NCBI GenBank assembly: GCA_963734495.1
Contig: CAVTHK010000002.1
Coordinates: 128,001-192,000 of the forward strand
From: an uncultured Spirochaetota bacterium
Lineage (GTDB): Bacteria; Spirochaetota; Spirochaetia; SZUA-6; CAVTHK01
DNA length: 64,000 bases
Direction of reading: 5' to 3'
The position numbers and the translations under genes were made by a program. Positions within the stretch are counted from its first letter, which is position 1, and each line of letters starts with the position of its first letter. Under the pieces are notes generated by a model. It saw only the letters and a program-made list of their open reading frames with translations, was not told the DNA's origin and searched no databases. Of the stretch, positions 58,364 to 64,000 are shown piece by piece.

Positions 58364-60046
58364 ATGATTCGAAGTCGCCTTTCGGCAACCCTGGCATTCA
58401 TCCTCCTCGCCGCCGTTTCTCAGGCTGACCCGACGCCCCGTTTCACGGACCCGGATCCGCCGGATCGCCTCGTCGAACGTCTGCTCGCGGCGATGAGCCC
58501 GGAGGAGAAGCTCGGCCAGGTCTTCTTCGTCGGCTACCAGGGGACGACGCCTTCGGACGCTGTAAAGCGCTGGGTCAGCGAGCGCCACGTGGGCGGCGTC
58601 AAGCTGTTCACGCGCAACGTGTCCACTCTCTCCGAGCTCGCGCGCAGCGTGCGCGAGATGCAGCAGGCGGCTCTTTCGAGCCGGCTCGGCATCCCGATCC
58701 TCGTCGCGACGGACCAGGAAGGCGGCTGGGTGCAGCACATCCGCTCGGGGACCGCCGACTCGCCCGGGAACATGGCGCTCGCCGCGGCCGGCATGCCGCG
58801 CGACGCGTACCTCACCGGGTACTACGTTGGTGAGGAGCTGCGCGCTCTCGGGATCAACATGAACTTCGCGCCGACGGTCGACGTCTATTCCAACCCGTCG
58901 GACACCGTCATCGGGCCGCGCGCGTTCTCCTCCGATCCGGTCGAGACGGCGCTGTTCGCCGTGGCCTACTTCCGCGGGATGGAGGCCACGGGCGTGATCG
59001 CGACGGCCAAGCACTTCCCGGGACACGGCGCCGCGGACCGGGACTCCCACGGCTTTCTCCCGATCGTGCGGGTGCCCTGGCAGACCCTCTGGGACAGGGA
59101 CCTCGTCCCATACCGGATGCTCATTCGCGAAGGGCTGCCCGCGGTGATGAGCGGGCACCTCGCTTTCCCGGAGATTCAAGGTGAAGTGATCCCGACGACT
59201 TTGTCGCCCTTCTTCCTGAACGACGTGCTGCGGCGGCGGCTCGGGTTCGACGGGGTCATCGTCACGGACGACCTGGAGATGCACGGCGCGTCGCCGGACG
59301 GCATCGGCGTGGTGCAGGTCAGCCGCCTCGCCCTTGAGGCCGGCAACGACATGGTCCTGCTGTCGCACACCGCCGAGCTTCAGGACCAGGCGTGGGACGT
59401 TTTCCGCGGGCTGTACGCCCGCGACGACACCTTCCGCATGCGGGTGGAGGAGGCGGCGCGCCGCGTGCTCCTCCTCAAGCTGCGCCGCCTCAAGGGCGGG
59501 TTCCCGCTCCTGCCCGACGTCGATCGCGCGGCCGCGGCTGCGAGCGACCGCGCCTCGTCGGGGTTCTTCTTCTCCTCCGCGACGCGCGCGGTCACCGCGG
59601 TCAGGGGGAGCGATCTCCCGTACAGGCCCCGCGGCGGCGAGAAGGTCCTGCTCATGGGGCAGATACCCGATTTCTTCGACGAAGGGAGAAAGCGCTATCC
59701 TCAGGCCGCGGAGCATCGGTTCTCGTACGTGCCCTGGGAGTGGGCGCGCGAGGAGGACTTGAGCGAGGCGCCTCGGGCCGCGGCCGGCTACGACACGGTC
59801 GTCTTCTGCCTCGCCAACATGAACAGCCTCGAGGTGCTCGAGCGCATGCGCTCGTACCGGGGCAGGCTCATCGTCATCTCCGCCCTCTCGCCGATCTACC
59901 TCGACCGCGTCCCCTGGGTCTCGACCGCGCTCGCCGTCTACGGAATCGGCGCCGATTCTTTCCGCGCGGGGTTCGCGGCGCTCGCCGGCGACTTCGCGCC
60001 CAAAGGCGAGCTGCCCGTCGAGCTGCCGAGCCTGATGGGGGAATAG
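58364..60046 (+). CDS. GH3 beta-N-acetylhexosaminidase (NagZ-like, two-domain, exported)
   Basis: Signal peptide; TDQEGG, NFAPTVD, KHFPGHG...DSH, IVTDDL; own promoter TTGCTT-18-TAGGCT. Confidence 0.9.
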   Translation: MIRSRLSATLAFILLAAVSQADPTPRFTDPDPPDRLVERLLAAMSPEEKLGQVFFVGYQGTTPSDAVKRWVSERHVGGVKLFTRNVSTLSELARSVREMQQAALSSRLGIPILVATDQEGGWVQHIRSGTADSPGNMALAAAGMPRDAYLTGYYVGEELRALGINMNFAPTVDVYSNPSDTVIGPRAFSSDPVETALFAVAYFRGMEATGVIATAKHFPGHGAADRDSHGFLPIVRVPWQTLWDRDLVPYRMLIREGLPAVMSGHLAFPEIQGEVIPTTLSPFFLNDVLRRRLGFDGVIVTDDLEMHGASPDGIGVVQVSRLALEAGNDMVLLSHTAELQDQAWDVFRGLYARDDTFRMRVEEAARRVLLLKLRRLKGGFPLLPDVDRAAAAASDRASSGFFFSSATRAVTAVRGSDLPYRPRGGEKVLLMGQIPDFFDEGRKRYPQAAEHRFSYVPWEWAREEDLSEAPRAAAGYDTVVFCLANMNSLEVLERMRSYRGRLIVISALSPIYLDRVPWVSTALAVYGIGADSFRAGFAALAGDFAPKGELPVELPSLMGE

Positions 60047-60056
60047 TCCCCCACGG

Positions 60057-60085
60057 TTGACACCTCCCGACCGCCGTGGTATATC
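60057..60085 (+). promoter_or_regulatory. Sigma70 promoter of tRNA-Pro
   Basis: TTGACA-17 nt-TATATC with extended TG. Confidence 0.75.
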
Positions 60086-60097
60086 GCAACCGTTCGT

Positions 60098-60171
60098 CGG
60101 GCTGTAGCGCAGTTGGTTAGCGTACTTGCTTGGGGTGCAAGGGGTCGGCGGTTCGAATCCGCCCAGCCCGA
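60098..60171 (+). tRNA. tRNA-Pro (anticodon GGG); CCA not encoded
   Basis: Acceptor CGGGCTG/CAGCCCG, D-arm AGTTGGTTA, anticodon stem CTTGC-TTGGGGT-GCAAG, T-arm GGCGG-TTCGAAT-CCGCC, discriminator A. Confidence 0.97.
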
Positions 60172-60511
60172 TTACCAACCCGTTTTCGTGCACGTGGTTC
60201 CCGAACACCAGCTCTGAGAGTCGGCGCCGGAGGGGGCGCCTCGAAGCCGTCTCGCTGAGAGGCGGTTTCGGTCAATAATGCCTTCTACCTCGTCGAGCGC
60301 TGCGTGGCGGTCCTCAGGCGCAACGGCAAAGACCGTCGCCGCGAGTCGACGAGCCACATCCTCCCGGGAGCGAAGCTTACGCGGCGTTGCATGGCGCCAT
60401 GAGCAGCGCGCATTTCCAGCGGGAGTGCTGGCGTGTGTTGAAGTCGGCTTACGGGTTCCCTGCTTCGGCCGTCCAATTCCACTTGCCAGAAGCGGCCTCG
60501 GCAAGAAGGCG

Positions 60512-60541
60512 TTGAATTGGATCGGCGGACTGCCCTATGCT
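60512..60541 (+). promoter_or_regulatory. Putative sigma70 promoter for the dioxygenase gene
   Basis: TTGAAT-18 nt-TATGCT. Confidence 0.5.
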
Positions 60542-60569
60542 TTGAGGCGTCACAAAGAAGGACCCAGTT

Positions 60570-61376
60570 ATGAAGAACAGGAGCTCCGGAAAGCAGGCTC
60601 AGATCGTCTACTTCTCGCACGGCGGGGGCCCCCTGCCGATTCTGGGAGATCCCGGCCACAAGGCGATGGTGGATTTCATGCGGGAGCTGCCCTCGCAGCT
60701 CAGGAGACCCGATGCGATCCTGGTCATCAGCGCCCACTGGGAAGAGAGCCTGCCGACTCTTCTGGGAGCGGGCAACCCTGACCTGTTCTATGACTACTAC
60801 GGGTTTCCGGCCGAATCCTACGAGATCACCTACCCGGCGCCAGGCAGCCCCGAGCTGGCAGCGAGGGTTGTCGACCTTCTGAGCAAGGCACACATCGCCT
60901 CGCGCATCGACGCGGAGCGCGGCTATGATCACGGTCTGTTCATCCCGTTGAAGCTGATGTACCCCGAGGCGGGCATTCCCTCCCTGCAGATTTCGCTCGT
61001 GCAGGGTCTGGACCCCGCAGTGCATGTCGCCCTCGGCGCGGCGCTGCGCGGCCTCATGAACGAGAACATCCTGGTCATCGGGTCGGGCTTCTCGTTTCAC
61101 AACATGAGGGCGTTTTCCTGGGAGGGCGCGGAGAAGGCCGATTCTCAGAACGACGCGTTCCAGGAATGGCTGATCGACGTCTGCACCGGGCCCCGCGCGC
61201 GGTGCGAGCAGCGCCTGATCGAATGGGAAAAGGCACCTTCGGCACGCTACTGCCACCCCCGCGAAGAGCACCTCCTTCCGCTGCACGTCTGCGTCGGCAT
61301 GGCGGAGACGCTTCCCCGGGTGGTGTTCGACGACACCATCCTGGGAAAGCGTGCACTGGCTTTCCTTTGGGAGTGA
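60570..61376 (+). CDS. DODA/YgiD-type class III extradiol dioxygenase (LigB family)
   Basis: SHGGGP, ISAHWE, YDYYGFP, RGYDHG..IPL.LMYP, IGSGFSFHN, HPREEHLLPL. Confidence 0.93.
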   Translation: MKNRSSGKQAQIVYFSHGGGPLPILGDPGHKAMVDFMRELPSQLRRPDAILVISAHWEESLPTLLGAGNPDLFYDYYGFPAESYEITYPAPGSPELAARVVDLLSKAHIASRIDAERGYDHGLFIPLKLMYPEAGIPSLQISLVQGLDPAVHVALGAALRGLMNENILVIGSGFSFHNMRAFSWEGAEKADSQNDAFQEWLIDVCTGPRARCEQRLIEWEKAPSARYCHPREEHLLPLHVCVGMAETLPRVVFDDTILGKRALAFLWE

Positions 61377-61446
61377 CACACGCGCCCGTCGCCCACACAT
61401 TCCCCTGAGTGTGCCTTCCCCTTGGCCGTTGGCTCGACGAACGATA

Positions 61447-61475
61447 TTGACGGAATGCAGGAAAAGACCTACGTT
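61447..61475 (+). promoter_or_regulatory. Putative sigma70 promoter for the 5-FCL gene
   Basis: TTGACG-17 nt-TACGTT. Confidence 0.5.
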
Positions 61476-61500
61476 TGTGGCGCATCAGGCAGGCGGTCGG

Positions 61501-62133
61501 ATGCGGCGGCAGGACCCGAAGGTGCTTGGGGTGCATGGGGTCGACCCGATATCCAAAGAGCGGCTGCGAGCGCTCGCGCTGGGCGAGTCGCGCCGCCGCT
61601 CCGCTGAGCTGCGCGAGAGCGCCTCGGCGCGCATCCTCGAGGCCGTCCTTTCGGCAGGCTGGTTTTCGCGGGCCGAAGTCGTGCTGTGCTACGTTGCGCT
61701 CCCGACCGAAGTGCGTACGGCGGGGCTCATCGAGGCCGCGCGCGGCCCGGGCCGCGCGGTGGGCCTGCCCCGCGTTGTCGACGGCGGCCTGCGCTTCCAC
61801 GCGGCTCCCGAGTCCGCGGCCGAGTACGTGCGCGGGACCGCGGGTGTCCTCGAGCCTCCGGAGAGCTCGCCGCCGCTCGAGCCCCGGCCGGGGCAGGAGA
61901 CGCTGGTCATCGTTCCGGGGCTTCTCTTCGACGCCGAGGGCTACAGGCTCGGCCGGGGCGGGGGCCACTACGACCGCTTGATCGCCCTGGCCCGCCGCGC
62001 CTGGACGGCCACGTTCGTGGGCCTGTGCTTCGACGAGCAGTTCGTGGAGCGGGTCCCGCGCGACCCGTGGGACGAGCCGGTGGACGCGGTCGTGACCGAG
62101 CGGCGAGGCGTCGTCGACTGCCGCGCGCCTTGA
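61501..62133 (+). CDS. 5-formyltetrahydrofolate cyclo-ligase (start uncertain)
   Basis: KERLR, EVRT, LPRV, GVLEP, IVPGLLFD.EGYRLGRGGGHYDR, VPRDPWD.PVD.VVTE. Confidence 0.9.
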   Translation: MRRQDPKVLGVHGVDPISKERLRALALGESRRRSAELRESASARILEAVLSAGWFSRAEVVLCYVALPTEVRTAGLIEAARGPGRAVGLPRVVDGGLRFHAAPESAAEYVRGTAGVLEPPESSPPLEPRPGQETLVIVPGLLFDAEGYRLGRGGGHYDRLIALARRAWTATFVGLCFDEQFVERVPRDPWDEPVDAVVTERRGVVDCRAP

Positions 62134-62190
62134 TACGGGTTTCGCGCGCGTATTACATTCGGGACGGAGAGTCGGGAGGACGCAAGAGAC

Positions 62191-62781
62191 ATGGCGCTTA
62201 TAAAGTCCGCGGTGGAGATAGCCCTCGAGAAGACCGAGGCGGTCAAGATCGACAAGGAAGCCCTCGAGGCCGATCGCGTGCGCAAAGAGGGCAAGATGTT
62301 CGCATCGAAATTCCTCGGAGAGCCTGACTTCAATCTCAAGGAGGGCCTCGCGGGCAAGGACGCGAAGACCACCCGCTGGCTGCGGGAGGGGGTCACCGAA
62401 GCGCTGCTCGCAAACCTCGTGCTGCCGCAGGACTCGGTCGCGGCCCGGAGAGTGCGGAGGATCGCCGACGGGTTTGCGGCGATCGGCAGGAGCGACCGGC
62501 GGCTGCAGCAGATCTTCTCGCAGCTCGAGGGCTTCTTCAAGGAGTACGCCGAGGAGCGCGAACGGGTCCGCGAGATGGTGAACAAGCAGTACGAACCGGT
62601 CCGAAAGCAGAAGGAAGCGGAGCTGGCGCAGCGCATGGGGCAGCAGGTCCGCATCGACCCGGCGAGCGACCCCGACTACGTCAACGCCCTGCGGCGCGCC
62701 ATGGGCACCGTCGAGGACAGGTACGGCGCGGTGCTGACCAAGGTCAGGGGCGAGGTCACGGCGCTCGTCGCCGACCGCTGA
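62191..62781 (+). CDS. Conserved helical hypothetical protein
   Basis: MALIKSAVEIALEKT...; GGAGG RBS, own promoter TTGATA-18-TACATT, strong coding bias. Confidence 0.78.
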   Translation: MALIKSAVEIALEKTEAVKIDKEALEADRVRKEGKMFASKFLGEPDFNLKEGLAGKDAKTTRWLREGVTEALLANLVLPQDSVAARRVRRIADGFAAIGRSDRRLQQIFSQLEGFFKEYAEERERVREMVNKQYEPVRKQKEAELAQRMGQQVRIDPASDPDYVNALRRAMGTVEDRYGAVLTKVRGEVTALVADR

Positions 62782-62796
62782 TCCGCCGTCTTCCGC

Positions 62797-64000
62797 CTAC
62801 CGAGCGAGCATCTGCCTGAGCGTCGACGCGATGTCGTTTTCGGCGACGTCGTCCCGGCTCTCGCGGGTCCTGATGTCCTTGATCGACACGACGCCTTTCG
62901 CCTTCTCGTCGCCCCCGCAGATGATCGCGTAGAGGATCCCCTTCTTCTCGGCGAACTGGAACTGGCGGGGCAGCTTGGCCTTTTCCGGGTAGACCTCGGC
63001 TGACAGCCCTTCGCGGCGCAGCTGCGTGGCGATCGCGTGGTAGTGCGCGTCGAGGTCGTCGTCGATGCAGAGGACCAGCGCGTGCACGGTGCTTGCTCCC
63101 GCCTTGGCGGCGCCGAGCTCGGACAGCGCCGCCTGCAGCCTGTCGAGCCCGATCGAGGCGCCCACTCCGGGCATGCGGTCGCTCGCGAACAGCGACGTGA
63201 GGTCGTTGTACCTCCCGCCCGAGCAGACCGACCCGATCTGGGGGAGATCGGCGAGGAAGGTCTCGAACACGATACCCGTGTAGTAGTCCAGGCCCCTGGT
63301 GATCGACGGGTCGAGATGGTACGACCCGAGAACGCCGAGGCTCCGGAGCGAATCGCGGATACGGGCGAGGCGCGCGAGGCTGGGATCCTCGTCGCCGACC
63401 GCCGCGGACATCGCCGCCAGGGTCTCATCGAAGGTCGCCCGGGGCGTCACGAAGCGGAGGATCGACTCGACCGCATCGGCAGGGGCAAGGGAGGCGAGCT
63501 GGGACGCGACCGCTTCGCCGCCGATCTTCGCCATCTTGTCGATCACCCTGAGGATCTCCACCGAGCGTTCGGCCACGCCGAGCCTTTCGAGCAGGCTCGT
63601 GAGGGCCCCGCGGTGCGCGACGTGGATGCGGAACCGCTCGATGCCGAGGCTGCGCATGCTCGCGCCCATGAGCAGCAGGATCTCCAGGTCCGCCGACGCT
63701 GAGTCGACGCCGACGGTGTCGAAGTCGCACTGGTAGAACTCGCGGTAGCGGCCGCGCTGCGTGTTCTCCCCGCGCCAGACCTTGGCGATGTGGTACCGCT
63801 TGAAAGGCAGGGGGATCTCGTGCCTGTGGGCCGAAACGAAACGCGCAAAGGGGACCGTCAGGTCGTAGCGCATGGCGACGTCCCGCCGGCCGTGATCCAG
63901 AAACCGGTAAACCTGCTTGTCGGTCTCGCCGCCGCCCTTGCCGAGCAGGATCTCGGCGTATTCCAGAACGGGAGTGTCGATGGGAAGAAAGCCGAAGCTC
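62797..64000 (-). CDS. hisS: Histidine--tRNA ligase (5' end outside window)
   Basis: PIDTP.LE, MRYDLTVP, QRGRYREFYQCDFD, RGLDYYTG, SGGRYNDL, GASIGLDRL, anticodon-binding domain. Confidence 0.96.
   Translation of the reverse strand, partial: SFGFLPIDTPVLEYAEILLGKGGGETDKQVYRFLDHGRRDVAMRYDLTVPFARFVSAHRHEIPLPFKRYHIAKVWRGENTQRGRYREFYQCDFDTVGVDSASADLEILLLMGASMRSLGIERFRIHVAHRGALTSLLERLGVAERSVEILRVIDKMAKIGGEAVASQLASLAPADAVESILRFVTPRATFDETLAAMSAAVGDEDPSLARLARIRDSLRSLGVLGSYHLDPSITRGLDYYTGIVFETFLADLPQIGSVCSGGRYNDLTSLFASDRMPGVGASIGLDRLQAALSELGAAKAGASTVHALVLCIDDDLDAHYHAIATQLRREGLSAEVYPEKAKLPRQFQFAEKKGILYAIICGGDEKAKGVVSIKDIRTRESRDDVAENDIASTLRQMLAR

Noticed and set aside
61377-61500. 6S RNA upstream of the 5-FCL gene
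   Set aside because: A promoter lies about 25 nt before the CDS, leaving no room for a 180-nt rod-like RNA.
60098-61500. Intact integrative element or prophage at tRNA-Pro
   Set aside because: No integrase and no duplicated tRNA 3' end (att site) found downstream.

Overview
High-GC (about 70%) bacterial chromosome segment made mostly of core genes. Gene content and order point to a Spirochaetota (Spirochaetia-like) genome: rnfCDGEAB, murG-cvpA-holB-HK-sigma54 RR, prfB-PEGA-ftsY-X-lolCDE, prfA-prmC-rel, and groEL without groES. About 50 CDS and one tRNA-Pro(GGG) are supported. Many essential genes carry 1-bp indels (groEL, prfA, secD, secF, tkt, clpC and others), best explained as unpolished long-read errors. 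Only the prfB +1 frameshift is a genuine programmed event. No CRISPR array, cas1, integrase or transposase is visible. The most interesting signals: (1) a stand-alone, apparently leaderless Cas2-like gene heading the prfB operon; (2) a DapF-fold protein that has lost its catalytic motifs, coupled to lysC; (3) a secreted YD-like repeat protein coupled between ftsY and lolCDE; (4) a degenerate GH57-like protein divergent from groEL; (5) a degenerate membrane GGDEF protein that keeps its RxxD I-site; (6) mcsA-mcsB-clpC without ctsR; (7) a small lower-GC islet behind tRNA-Pro. All family assignments come from motif recognition by eye; no database search was run.
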